A stretch of 64,000 bases of DNA. Origin: Chrysomallon squamiferum (Eukaryota; Animalia; Mollusca). Location of the stretch: positions 26,474,001 to 26,538,000 of the forward strand of contig CM022673.1 in the NCBI GenBank assembly GCA_012295275.1. The letters are read 5' to 3'. The position numbers and the translations under genes are program-made. The notes beneath the pieces were generated by a model. That model did no database searches. It saw nothing but the letters and a program-made list of their open reading frames with translations, and was not told the DNA's origin. Shown piece after piece: positions 15,140 to 27,750 of this stretch (position 1 is the first letter of the stretch; each line of letters starts with the position of its first letter).

Positions 15140-18100
15140 TTATTTTTTATTAAATAACAAAAAATCTTTGAGACTGTTCCATACGTTGCTGTCCTCATAG
15201 AGATATATCATGGATGATTTCAAAGATGGCTGAAGAGTGTCTCTTTCGTATTCAAACAGCCACAGAACAATGCCCCACACAATAGCAGCAAAGAATGGGA
15301 ATGGGTCACCTTTTGGTTTGGGTATGTAGCCACGTTTTACTGCCAATTTGGCAAGTCCATACAGTATTCTAGACAACAAGTATAGATTGATCTGTTGAAA
15401 ATAAAGTGTTTCTTGTCAAATTTTAAATCCATGTATTTATCAATGAGAAATAAAACAAATTTGGTTTTTGCAGAATTTTATTTATTTATTTTCATTTTTT
15501 TTTTTTTTTTTTTTTCAAAATCTTCTTCAAATAAAGTATATTTTGTTTAATAATGTAACATTTTCAATTTATATATTAGAGAATGAAACAAAAAAAAATT
15601 AATCTTGACTATTGAATTTTTTTTTTTAAGCTACTAATTATTATTAATATTGTATTTTTTTTTTTTTTTTTTCTATTCTGGTAATGTTATTTAATAAGCT
15701 ATTTTTATTTTTTTTTGTCTAGTTGCAATAATTGAAGACAAACAATTTACTCAGTCTGTCAAGACTTTTTCTATTAACATTTCAACGTTAGCTTGAATAA
15801 TGTAAGTTTCTATTTTATTATCACACATTATAATTATCCAAAAATAATTAAAACATAACATAAAATATAAAACATTACTGCAATTATATATATATATATA
15901 TTTTTGTCTCATCCTACTGTAATCAAAATTCTAATTAAGTATTCTTGATAAAAAGAATTTAATTTAAACATTTTTATAATTTTTTTAAAAATAAAGTTTA
16001 AAAACAATTAATTTTGAATGCTACAAGGAAATGTTTTAAGACAATTTGTAGTTAATTCATTGTTTTTAGAATATCAGTCTTAACAGCAAGACAGAGTTAT
16101 CAAATTTAAATGCCATTTCGGTTTGTTTCATGTAATTAAAAACACAGATATGTTTTAAAAGTTCATCTATGTTAAAATATTTAAATAAAATGATAACATT
16201 CTGTATTTCTCACCTGCTCATTGACTTTGTTGTATTTGCCAAACACCATGAAACCAGCACAGAATGCTGCTATAAATGAGTGATATTGTGATTTCTGGTT
16301 TTCCAAATACCCTAACAGTGAAGTGAGACCCTTGTATGCAAAAACAAAGTAGGCAAGATTTCTTGAATGTGTGAATGTGGCTTCTAAAATTGTTTTCACA
16401 TTTTCTGAAAGACTGAAATTAATTTTCAAAAGCATTCAGACTGGAAAAAAATCAAATTGATGTTCAGTTTTATTCAATATGACAAACTTTAGGACGCAAA
16501 GCTGTAATAATGTTTGATAATACTAATAAAGAAAAATTATTTTTGACAAATTAATACATGTAAATATTTTCTGTACATACAGTAACAGTGTGTTATCCAT
16601 GGATAGATATATGAATGCACTTTCATAGGAAAATAAAGGAAAATAATAATAATAATAATAATAATTAAAAAACTATATAAAACAATATTTTAGATTATTA
16701 TTGTTATATTATTACTATTATTATTAGTTAGCAGAATTAAGTTTGTAACTTGTTTGAAATGAATATTAATACAAATAATATATTATTGCCTTTATCTTCT
16801 ATTACAACTCAATTAATTAGATTTTAAATGAATTGACATGATGTTGTTGGTTTGTTTTAATTCAAATAATGACAAAATATTAAATATTTTACAACATAAA
16901 CAAAATAATGTGTTTCTGTTTATCACTTATTTAAAATAAAAGGCTCAACTTAAAAATAAAATAAATAACCACCATAGTGATTCAGCTATTAAGAATTATA
17001 AGAATACCTTTATATTAGTAACTAAAATGTTTTTCTTACCTCGCATTCTTAAAAAGAAATGTCATAACAAGTGCATGAGGAAACCTAACTTTGGCACCAT
17101 ATCTGAAAAATATATTTATTCAAAAGAAGTTCATAATGATTAATAATAAGTAAAATGTTATTCATATTTAGTTTGTTGCATAAATCAGGTGATAGTGTCA
17201 TTTAACAAAATTACCTTAAAACAATTTTGCGAGAAAAAAGAGAAACAAAATGGAAACAAATTAACAAAAATCAATAATAAAACACGCACGCACACACACA
17301 CACAAATAAATATTGTTCAAATATTGGTAAATACAAAATGCTATATATAGATGAATAAATACACCAGTTTCCTGGTATAACATGTATACCAGTTTTGTCC
17401 TTTTATACCACAATAACCAGTGGTATGTAGGGGGGTGCAAACGGGTGGTGGCCCCTGGCATCCAAATAGGGAGGGCTTCCAACAGAGAAAATAACTTAAT
17501 AAATTCGGTTGTTTTATATTTAAATCGAATAAAGTATTTATTTTATGTTACATCCGTGTTTACATAGTCAAAATATCTTCATTTTTCATAAGATTTCTTG
17601 GTACTAGGTCTTATACTTGAGTCTTTGGGGCATACAGTCAAGGATTTGGTCCTGGGCATCACCAGATTTTTGCACACCACTGACCGTAATAGGCCAACAT
17701 TTGCTGGTTTATTATAAATCAAGTGTGGTACATTTGGAAAAGATTAAATATTATCAAACACTGACTTGTACCACAAAATTCGACCATAAATTAATAAAAA
17801 TACCTCAGCTTTCCATAATAAAAAAAATAAAAAAATAAATAAAAATAGGAACATCCTGCCTTTCTACTTATCTCCCCATGATTTAAAATAAACAAGTACT
17901 ATTTCTTTTGAGCTATCACTATCATTCTGCTGTTAGTACTAATGAATACTGGTTACCTGCATAATTATAAAAAAAAAAATAATAGTAATAATAATAATAA
18001 TAAAATTAATGTTTATATGACTGGAAAAATTTGTAAATTGTAGTGTTGACTTCCTCCTGTAATTTGTAAGCACCATGATTATGATGCTGAATTAAAAAAG

Positions 18101-18168
18101 AATAAACACTGTTTTGCAGTACATATTGTCTTATTTATTAGAAGAAGAAAGCATATTTATTTGTTTAC

Positions 18169-18199
<31 letters not shown>

Positions 18200-18614
18200 C
18201 GGGCCGTTTTTACTAGAGCTGGTTATGTTTAAAATAATGTATAGTCAAAACCAGTGACGCAATAAATTTGACGAAATACGGCCTGAATATAAATTTGGAA
18301 TACTTCAAAACTTATTTATCATTATCTTTTTTTTTTTTTTTTTTTTTTTTCCAGATAATGATAGTGATACACAGTACAGAGTACAGAGATAGTAACTACT
18401 GTGATATCTACATTCAAGTTTGAAGTTACTAAATCAGATGAATAATACAGTTAATAGGTATAAACATTAATTACTCTACAGCAAACAACAGGAAAACTCA
18501 TGGCTATTAATATACTTACACCACTCCATTTCTGAAACCTTTAATCAGTGTCAGAAAGGGTTTGTATTTATCTGCAGTAAGTATATGATTTAACAACGCT
18601 ACATAGTCTGCCAT
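15140..18614 (-). CDS. PXMP4: Peroxisomal membrane protein 4 (PMP24, Tim17-family), 4 exons, 202 aa
   Basis: Exons 18614-18520, 17102-17040, 16412-16214 and 15391-15140 all have GT-AG boundaries with compatible phases (609 nt total). Translation MADYVALLNH...KGFRNGVVYGAKVRFPHALVMTFLF...ATFTHSRNLAYFVFAYK...VNEQINLYLLSRILYGL...WGIVLWLFEY...LQPSLKSSMIYLYEDSNVW matches recalled PXMP4 family motifs. Confidence 0.95.
17418..17682. mobile_element. Degenerate MITE (hAT-like CAGTGG ends) in PXMP4 intron 1
   Basis: TIRs cagtggtatgta and tgcacaccactg, GC-rich subterminal gcccctggcatc/cctgggcatc motifs and an AT-rich core. Flanking 8-mers match only 5/8. Confidence 0.55.
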
Positions 18615-18920
18615 TGCTTTTCTTACTTGGATTTTTCCTCCCACAAATAATAAAGCTCCTTTATCGTTAACTTCAACTTCGTTGCTCAATCCATGCAAGT
18701 GTTGATTTATTAGACATTGAATCTGTTCTTTGTGTATCTTTTATGTTTGATGGCATTTTTACGCGATTTATTATGTTTCTTTTAACGCCTGATATCACAT
18801 TATGAACAAAGAAGGGATTTGGAATGCTAGTATTTCCTTTCAAATTAATACACTTTTAATGCAAATATGTATTTAATCTTTATTAATGCACTTAAATTTT
18901 TAAAACAAAATATAAATATA

Positions 18921-19048
18921 CATAGTATACGTGGTACTGTAAGAATTTTAAGTGTATTAATGTGTGCCTATATCATTTAAATAAAACGTTGTATTTAAAT
19001 GATATAGGCACATATTAATACACTTCTTACAGTACCACATATAATATG
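18921..19048. repeat. Near-perfect ~128-bp palindrome / inverted repeat
   Basis: gtggtactgtaagaa..gtgtattaatgtgtgcctatatcatttaaata-aaacgttg-tatttaaatgatataggcacatattaatacac..ttcttacagtaccac. The arms are complementary with one short indel and a few mismatches. Confidence 0.9.
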
Positions 19049-19256
19049 TCGGATGAAAAATAAAGAACATAATTTAATTTACAGTTACTCAGTGCACTTG
19101 GACATGTGTATATTAAACACTTACTGAGAGACAATCAGCTCTGTACAGCATCAATCTGACTTAAACTGGCGTTCAGCGCGTACGTCACAGAAACCAAATC
19201 AAATGCAACACAGCAGTGACCGAAAGCGCGCCAAATTTAAAAATAGTGAGCTTAGA

Positions 19257-19313
<57 letters not shown>

Positions 19314-19422
19314 TAAAAGTAGCCGGTTTTCTGTATTTTACAAATTTCTGAAAAGGGATAAATGGTTCGGTATCTGTATTAGCATTGACTAGTCGCTATT
19401 AATATAAATAAAACTGTTAGAA

Positions 19423-19466
<44 letters not shown>

Positions 19467-20055
19467 ATACGCTGCTTAAAAATATTTTTGAAAATTATCT
19501 ATTAATTAATGAAAAATCAATAACTGTAAGTAAATTTCTTTCTTAAACTGAATCTGTTCCTAAAATCATAAAGACGAAAACAAGTATAGTTCTGGATCTT
19601 AATAAGATGGAAGAGTTTATACCGATAAATCTACGTACATAATTTGTATCACCAGCTGTTGTATTATAAAACATTATATCGATATATTACAAAACTTGAA
19701 TATTACAAAATGTATATGTTTTTGGAAAATTGTTTACTACGTGTTACCTTTAAAACAGTTATCGATAGCTTAGAGCACTGCAAATTAAAATTTTATTTAT
19801 TTATTATTATTATTATTATTTTAACTGGTGCTTTATTTGAAAAGCAGCAAAAAAAAAAACACAACCCCAAAGCACACCCATATGGATACTCAGTTAAACA
19901 CCGAACACTGATCAACAGGACTGTGCAACAGCTTGTATACTCTGAGAATATTCTAGAATGTTCCTGCTTTCTCCAGTCCATCGTCTGTGGAATGAGGATG
20001 GACGAAGTCTGAAGCGTCTTCAGTTCCAGAATATTCGAAATCCTGAGCAGACTGA

Positions 20056-20175
20056 ATGACGCGGATTCTTCCAGAAGTTCTTCCAGATTCTGTCTACGCA
20101 CCAGAGCTTCTTAAAGTCTGTGACTGTTTGAGGTTAGACTGTCCAACGTTTCTAAATGAGCTCGTCTCAAGTCTA
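20056..20175 (+). CDS. Putative upstream exon of the sulfotransferase gene (5'UTR or 40-codon N-terminal extension)
   Basis: GC-elevated block ending in CTA|GTAAGT at 20175. An ATG at 20056 reads MTRILPEV...LVSSL and would splice in phase 0 to the acceptor at 21126/21127 (AAT ATG). No transcript evidence. Confidence 0.3.
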
Positions 20176-20307
20176 GTAAGTGATCAGACTAAACTTACTG
20201 TAAAGTTCAGTTAGTAGCATGTGTGAAAATTAAATTAAATTAACTTTGGGTTTCGCTCATATTACGATAAAAAGTTGAAGTATTTTGCACCATTTAATGT
20301 AAACTAA

Positions 20308-20361
<54 letters not shown>

Positions 20362-21007
20362 TGTAAGTTAAACATTAATTGAAGCGAAGTATCGAACGTG
20401 TACATGATTTCTGTTTCATGTATTTTCTATTTCCGGATTAAAAAAAAAAAATAATAATAATAATAAAATAATAAAAATTATTCTTCGAAATTTTTTATTA
20501 TTTTATTTTATTATTGTTAGTTATTGTCATTATTGTTATTATTATTATTATAATAAAAAGAGTTAAACACTGCAAACAGTTATATTTATATTTACTTTAA
20601 TAAAAAGAAAAACAATATTTCTTTTCGTAACTGATGAAAGGTGAAAACATATTTATACAACACACGTGTATCGGTAATCTTCTGTTATTAAATTATTATT
20701 AAAATAGAGTCGTCAGAAGAAATTCCTTTTTTTTTTTTTTTTAAAATAATAATTCTGTTGACTAATTGAAGAATCATATAATTATATATTCTGAGATGAC
20801 AATATGCGCTAATTTCATCAGTTAATAGAAGGAAAGGGAGATGCAAAGGACTTCAAACGTACTGGGTTTTTTTGGGTTTTTTTTTTTTTTTTTGTTACAG
20901 TGAATCTATTCATTGATTAATAGTAATAACAACATTTGACTAGCAAGAATTAAAAATGATGTGGCAGTAACAGATGTCTTTATGTCTCTCTCTCTTGCTA
21001 TCTCTCG

Positions 21008-21041
<34 letters not shown>

Positions 21042-21129
21042 GGTGGGTGTGAGTGAAGACGTATGTTACTTTTGTGTCTTTCATAAATATTTATTAAGTG
21101 CACGAATTCCGAATACTTATTTTCAGAAT

Positions 21130-22278
21130 ATGAGACGAAGAGTTTTCACGTTTCTTGTAGCTTTAGCTGTAGTGACATACGTCTTTGTGCCAGGTGATTT
21201 CTATCGATTTCTGTTTTATTTCAATGGATTTTCTACGCTCGGGAACAAAGCACGGAATTCAGACCACTTCACAGAGAAAAGAATTTCCAGCAACAGTGGT
21301 TACAGATTGATTGTTCAAAACAAACTGGAAAATCGTCACATTTTCTTTCTCAAAGTGCACAAAGCAGCCAGTTCGACCGTCATGAATATAATGATGAGAT
21401 TTGGCTTGTCTAGAAACCTCTCCATTATGATTCCCAACAGAGGAACTGCATTTAGTCAGCACTCTGTTTTAAGAGAAAGTCAAATCTTAAACTATTCAAG
21501 AAATCAAACTTACGATCTGGCAGCCTGTCACGTTATTTTTGACAAGCCTAGAATACTACGCTTCATGCCTTCGGATACTGTGTTTATTGGAACAGTCAGA
21601 AATCCTTTCAGTCAGTTCAAGTCGGCGTTTCAATACTACAGGTATCTCCCGTACTTGAAAAAAATACCAGTGGAACATCCGATATCAGTTTATCTGAACA
21701 ATCCTTTTAAATACGAAACACGTGTTTCTATGTATGGGTCATTTACGAACAATCGAATGGTCTTGGATTATGGATTTAAATTTAAAGGTAACGACAGCAT
21801 TAACGATTACGTCGAGTATTTGGATAAGCAGTTGGATTTCGTTATCGTGGTGGAGAACTTTGACGAGTCTCTTGTTTTACTGAAGCGACTGCTCGGCTGG
21901 AAGATTAAGGACGTGTTGTACATTGTACAGAAAAAAAATCGTCATTCGGCCGAAATTACGACGAAAAAACATCAGTCGCTTCACGAAAAATGGTTTCCGT
22001 TCGACTACGTCCTCTATAATCATTTCAAAAACAAATTCGACAAATTACTGGCAGTTCAGGATGATGCGTTTCGCAAAGAGCTTGCACACTTTAGAGACGT
22101 CTTGTTGAAAAGTCAAGCTTTCTGCACACAGAGAACAGATAAGTTACTTAATGTTCCCCAGTCGCAATGGAATGCTAACTTCTCTGTTATGACGTCAGAT
22201 TGTTTGCTTATGAGAATGTCATCAACGAAAATGATAAGAAAGATAAGAAATATGTATATAAATAAAACAGTTAAGTAG
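21130..22278 (+). CDS. Galactose-3-O-sulfotransferase / galactosylceramide sulfotransferase-like Golgi type II membrane protein, 382 aa from ATG 21130
   Basis: Uninterrupted ORF. Basic N-terminus plus TM helix (MRRRVFTFLVALAVVTYVFV), 5'-PAPS motif IFFLKVHKAASST, 3'-PB motif TVRNPFSQFKSAFQYY and FDESLVLLKRLLGW are typical of the GAL3ST family. Acceptor ttttcag lies 3 nt before the ATG and AATAAA is at ~22517. The ORF-track N-terminus (20974-21129) is (CT)n/intron sequence. The specific paralogue cannot be assigned. Confidence 0.92.
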   Translation: MRRRVFTFLVALAVVTYVFVPGDFYRFLFYFNGFSTLGNKARNSDHFTEKRISSNSGYRLIVQNKLENRHIFFLKVHKAASSTVMNIMMRFGLSRNLSIMIPNRGTAFSQHSVLRESQILNYSRNQTYDLAACHVIFDKPRILRFMPSDTVFIGTVRNPFSQFKSAFQYYRYLPYLKKIPVEHPISVYLNNPFKYETRVSMYGSFTNNRMVLDYGFKFKGNDSINDYVEYLDKQLDFVIVVENFDESLVLLKRLLGWKIKDVLYIVQKKNRHSAEITTKKHQSLHEKWFPFDYVLYNHFKNKFDKLLAVQDDAFRKELAHFRDVLLKSQAFCTQRTDKLLNVPQSQWNANFSVMTSDCLLMRMSSTKMIRKIRNMYINKTVK

Positions 22279-24662
22279 AATAATAAAGTAGACCATTTGG
22301 ATACGATAGTAACTGGACAGAATAAGACGCCATCTGAATTTAATGGTTGGGGAAAGAATCTTAACACGTGTCTCTCATGTTTCTTACATTCTGGTTTTGT
22401 ACATAAATTAAATCTATCTGGATTATTCATTTATTTTATTTTATTTTTTTATTTATTTATTTTTTTATTTTTATTTTTTATTTTTTGAAAGAAATCATTG
22501 TACAATTTTCTTCTGTAATAAAGCGATATATATAAAATTTGATTTTTGATTCAAATAACTAAGAAAAAGAAAGAAGTGAAAACACCAACAACTAACAAAC
22601 CAAACAAGCACACGTACGTACAAGCTAAATGTAACTTATAAAAAGCAGTATTTATATTTTGGAATGTTTAAATCTCTCTCACACGAACATAGGGATGTAT
22701 TAACATAGGTGCACACATACAGACATACATTAAAATTATTATACATAAGCATGCAACAACACACTAAGCATCGAATACATGTGCAAGATTACGCCAAAAG
22801 GTGCACATTATTCAGCTATATTTGCCTGGCCCAAACTTTGACCAAATCTGGTATCACCCGGCAAAACATCTGCCTTACATGTGACATGTCAGTTCTCGTC
22901 TCTACCTGTCACACTTTGAGCCAGACTTGGCTTTGCTCAAATAGGCCAGGCCTGGTACCCAGATCTAGTAAGAACCGGCAAGTATTTTTGTTTGGTATAT
23001 TGGGTACATTCAGCCACTTGGGAATGTCCCCCATAATTATTTTGTGATAAGCTTTCCACGTAAAGAAAGATTTCATCAGAAGGATTTAACGTAAGAATTT
23101 ATATCAAAATTATAAAATTTTATTTCCGTTAAACAGTAACATACGTACATGCTTACATGATTTTCTTCTTGCAGCAATGATCTTGATCAGATTTTTTTTA
23201 AATTCGGTTTATAAAAATGTGCATACATATTGCACAGCTCAAGGATAATGTAAAAGATCAGGTCCTGTCATTACTGCGCAGCTCAAGATAATTTAAGATC
23301 AGGTCCGCAGAAAATGACTTTTAAAATAAATAAAAATAAACGTGTACAAAAAAAAAAAAAAGAAAAAAAAAAGACACAATATTTTAATATATATGACGAA
23401 TATAAAAATGTTTATTCCATGTTTATATTGATATCAGATATGAATTTAATTTGTTTTAAAATTTCTGCCTGAACATGATCACTAACATAATCAAGCCTAA
23501 CATGGACCAGGTCAAGCAGAAAAAAGTTAAATGTCAATGCTTTTTCATATTTTATCAAATACAAGATATCGAAATGAACATATCAAAATAATAATTTTGT
23601 TCTGCCTAAAAAGCGTATGATTTTAGCTGATAATTTCAAAACTGGCCCAAAATCATACTAAGTGACGCCATCTTTGGGCCAGGGATGCGGTAAGATACGA
23701 ATATGTTAGTTCTTGCAGAACCAGTTAGATACGAATATCTCGGTATATGCAGGGAAACAACGAATATACATGCAGAAATACACTAAGAATATTGAGGAAT
23801 ACATACAGCGGAATAGACTGATAAACAAATAAAAAGTACAATAAGTTACTAAGATTTTATATACAGGGATACACTACCACATGGATGCACTTATATACTA
23901 ACAAAACTTCTTGCATATAGTTACAATAAACAAAACAAATTAATATACATAAATATAACTATTTAGTTCTAATTAATGAAAAACAAAAAACGTGCTAATC
24001 ACTATGAAAATAACATAGAAGAAGGAATTGGCAGCCGCCGAGTCTGAAAATAAATAAATTAATAAATTAATTACATGTAATTATTTCTTAATTCCAAACT
24101 GTTTTCTAGCGATCCAATAATAAAGACAAATTCTATATATTCTGTATACTAAAGCGATCAATTTAGCCATAATATTTAAGTGTAGTAATAATTTGTTCCT
24201 TCAGTGTCGAATTTGATTGAAATCCAATTAATAATATTTATAATTCCTTTTTTCTTTTTTTTTTTTTTTATTTTTTTTAATTCCAATTACTGTTGTTGGC
24301 GATTCATTCAGAGATTAAGAATATGATATAAATTTTTCATCTGAGACATAAAATATTTTTAAAATATATTATTAATTTATATTATCTAATCGTTCAGAAG
24401 GCAAATACTATATACGTGTCTCTCTCTGGTTAAATCACGAATGTACTCACTGCACTGCAGTCTAGACAGTTCAGTGCGCGAGTAACTAATTGTTCTCTCC
24501 AGTGTAATTCTGTAACTTTCTGGACAGTTCAATTTCACTGTTTCCAGACAGTTCAAACCTTCGTGAAGAGCACTGAAAAAAATTATTATTATTATTTTTA
24601 ATTTTTAATTTTTAGAAAATTATTGTTTCTATTTTGAAATTTGCAACGATAACCAAATCGTG

Positions 24663-24698
<36 letters not shown>

Positions 24699-25422
24699 AT
24701 AATAATAGAAATACGATCTGATTCATTATAGGATCAATTCTAAGCCGATGTGCTAGCGATGATATTTCCCGTTTTATCCACAGCCCTCGAAACCATTATT
24801 ATAATATTCATTTACCTTGAAAGACACGCACAAAATATACCACGATGCAAGTAACTGAGACCCTTCAAATTATTAACAAACAAATCTAAGACGACGCTTA
24901 TTTAAAACATAATGAGATGTTGATCTATGAATACTGACAGAAACTTACATTCTCAAAATTAATATGATGATTATAATGATGATAACGATAAATAATACTG
25001 ACGATGATGATGATAATAAATGGTTTACGCACGCGCATTTGACAGCTGTGATATTAGTCGCTTTGAATTTTTCTGCTGTTGTTCGAGAGCAGCTGACTAG
25101 ACCCGGACAGCGTTCCAACTGACCCATGCAGTTCACGATGAAAGCTGAATAACAGAAAATATATAATAAAAAAAATAATAAATTAATTAAATATCTTGAT
25201 TGTTATTTATTCTTGCTAATGAAGAAGTTGGGATAAAGAAACGATGTATCAGTGTTATTTATATTGATTACAAATCGTTGTCATTTTGAAAAGATACATA
25301 CTGCACTGCTACTACTACTACTGCTACTACTACTACTACTACTGCTACTACTGCTACTACAACTACTACTACTATTTATAATAACAAATATATATATATA
25401 TATATATGATAAATATTCAGGT

Positions 25423-25723
25423 TTAAAAATACGTATAAATAATTTCTATACTAGCAATATTGTTTTCTCAAAATATTAGACATGCTTGCATAGTTATTAA
25501 AAATGATATAAATATTATTCTGTGCAGATACAGTCCCATACCTGTCTTATAATAACAAACATACATACATACATATATACGACAGACTTAAAAATAGGTA
25601 TAAATAGTTTCTATACTAACAATATTATTTTCTCAAAATATTAGACATGTCAACATTATTATCAAAAATCATATAAATATTATTCTGTGCAGATATAGTT
25701 CTGTACCTTGTCTCATAATGACA
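25423..25723. repeat. Tandem duplication, period ~165 bp, two diverged copies
   Basis: ttaaaaata.gtataaata.tttctatacta.caatatt.ttttctcaaaatattagacatg...ataaatattattctgtgcagata starts at both 25423 and 25588. Confidence 0.85.
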
Positions 25724-26030
25724 TCGAACAAATTCTACCAATTACAGGTGTATCATTATTTTAATCGTTTTATGATATGTAAAGCGCACTTACCACTCAG
25801 AAGAAATGAAAGATAAATATTAGCCATAAATAGTTTTCTCTTTTCCTCTCCTTTGTTAACTGTTACTACAAAAAGTCAGAACAGTTTAAACAATGTTTGT
25901 AGGCGAATATTTATATTAACTGTCCGATGTCCTTAACATTCATACCATGAATCTTATTAACATAATTTATGTATATACGCATAGTCATAGCGACGTAACA
26001 CAATTATGTTTATTTCTGTGTCACTTATAA

Positions 26031-26185
26031 AGGGTCGGGTCCAGGTTTTCAGGGCCCCGGGACAAATTTAGTTTATGGAGGCCTCATATTTGAGGTTTAT
26101 ATAGACCTAAACATGGATGTCTAATGTATAAAAAAAAATATATATATATATTTAAAAAAACAGCTTTTTGGAGCCCGGAAGGTTT
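26031..26185. mobile_element. Possible decayed MITE with GGGCCC-rich ends
   Basis: GC-rich gggtcgggtccagg...agggccccggg...ggaggcctc and ggagcccgg blocks around an AT-rich core. No clean TIR or TSD. Confidence 0.3.
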
Positions 26186-26274
26186 TTCGCTAAGTGTTCT
26201 ATCTCAGGTATAAAGAAGACGTATTTTTCGATACAATGGCAACTCGATAAAAAAAAAAAAAAAAAAAAAAAAAA

Positions 26275-26305
<31 letters not shown>

Positions 26306-27289
26306 TAAAAATCTATAGTAAACAAAAGAAACAATGCATGACAATTTGACAAATTTATTTTATTACACTCATTTCATTAACACTTTCAGTTTCATTTTTG
26401 GTCCAGTTAGTCTGAAACCCTGGGTTGCATTCTGTACAGAGTCCATTGTCATAAGAGAGCCTTACGCTTACATATATAACACAAAATATTTCTGTTTTAA
26501 TATTAATAATAACAATAATAATAATAAACGTTATTAAATGTTTTCGGTAAAAGAAATATTGTTCGAATTTAGAACTCTTTGGACAAACAGTGGTGAGTAT
26601 TGTCATACAAATCACGTTTTTGAAATTATTATTCAGGTCATTGACTTGTCTATTTAACCTCTTTTGTATTATTCGATAACGTTCACGTCTGTGTGCATGC
26701 ATGTATGTGTGCGTGTATAATAAACTGTTTTATATTAATACATAGCTGTATGGTAGCTGAGTTTTTTTTTTTTTTTTTTTAAATGTTAGATTGCTTCTTT
26801 ATTTAGTTTCCACCATAATTTTAATAACTGTGAAGATATCATTTTACTTGTATTATTCAGAACGAATCTTTTTATGTACTAAACAAAAACAACAAAAAAA
26901 AACAACCGTTTAGTAATGTTTAGATTACGAAACGTTTTTTGTATCTGTTGTTTGTCGCTAATGAAGATATCTACAATCCTAGAAATAAATAAAAGAACTG
27001 CTGATGTATTTACATATATTTTAATGTTCAAACAAGACACTGTTAAAATATACAAGGCATTTGGTTTGAAATTATGGCACAAATGAAATAATTAACATAC
27101 ACCCGTTCACTGGAAAACAAATGGTAAGAAAGAAGTTATACTTAAAGTTAATTATTTTGTAAAATCAACAAAAAAAAATAATTAATAAAAAAAAAAAAAA
27201 AAATACATATTAAAAAAAAAGAAAGAAAGGAGAGTAAGAAAAAAATAAATAAATAAAAGAAGAAACGCATGATCCATTCTCACATCGCT

Positions 27290-27750
27290 AAGCATAAACT
27301 AATCTAAAACTAAACGATCGAATCAACTTTAAATTTTCAATCTGGCAAATCTGCATTTGCCAGCCAATCTAAGCAACAAAACAGTCCAACCAGCGTAAAC
27401 ATAACTAAATGTTGCACGTCACCAGCAGACAGTCGAACCACGTTTCTGATGACGTAAAAACACACACACTCCAACCATTGTAAACAAAACAGTCAAACCA
27501 GCATAAACGTAATATTTCTGACGACCATAAACCTATATACTCCAATTGATGTAAACCTGAACTAAATTGACCAATCAGCATAAACATTTAAACGTTCCAG
27601 CTTAAACTGCATATGCTCCAACTAAATGGTCTAACAACATTAAATGTTCCAGCTAACTTAAACCTCGATGCTTCAAGCTAAACTAAATGTTCCTGTCCAG
27701 CATTGAACAAATTAAACGTCCTACCAACATAAAACTACATGCTCCAAAGA
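27290..27750. repeat. Degenerate C/A-rich tandem repeat region
   Basis: Recurrent aaactaaatgttccagc / ccagcataaac / acagtcaaacca motifs. Confidence 0.5.

Noticed and set aside
18615-18698. Longer PXMP4 N-terminus from the ORF track
   Set aside because: It starts at TTG. ATG 18614 has good context and gives the expected family length.
20974-21129. 52-aa N-terminal extension of the sulfotransferase ORF
   Set aside because: It runs through a (CT)n microsatellite and ends at a ttttcag acceptor, so it is intronic sequence open by chance.
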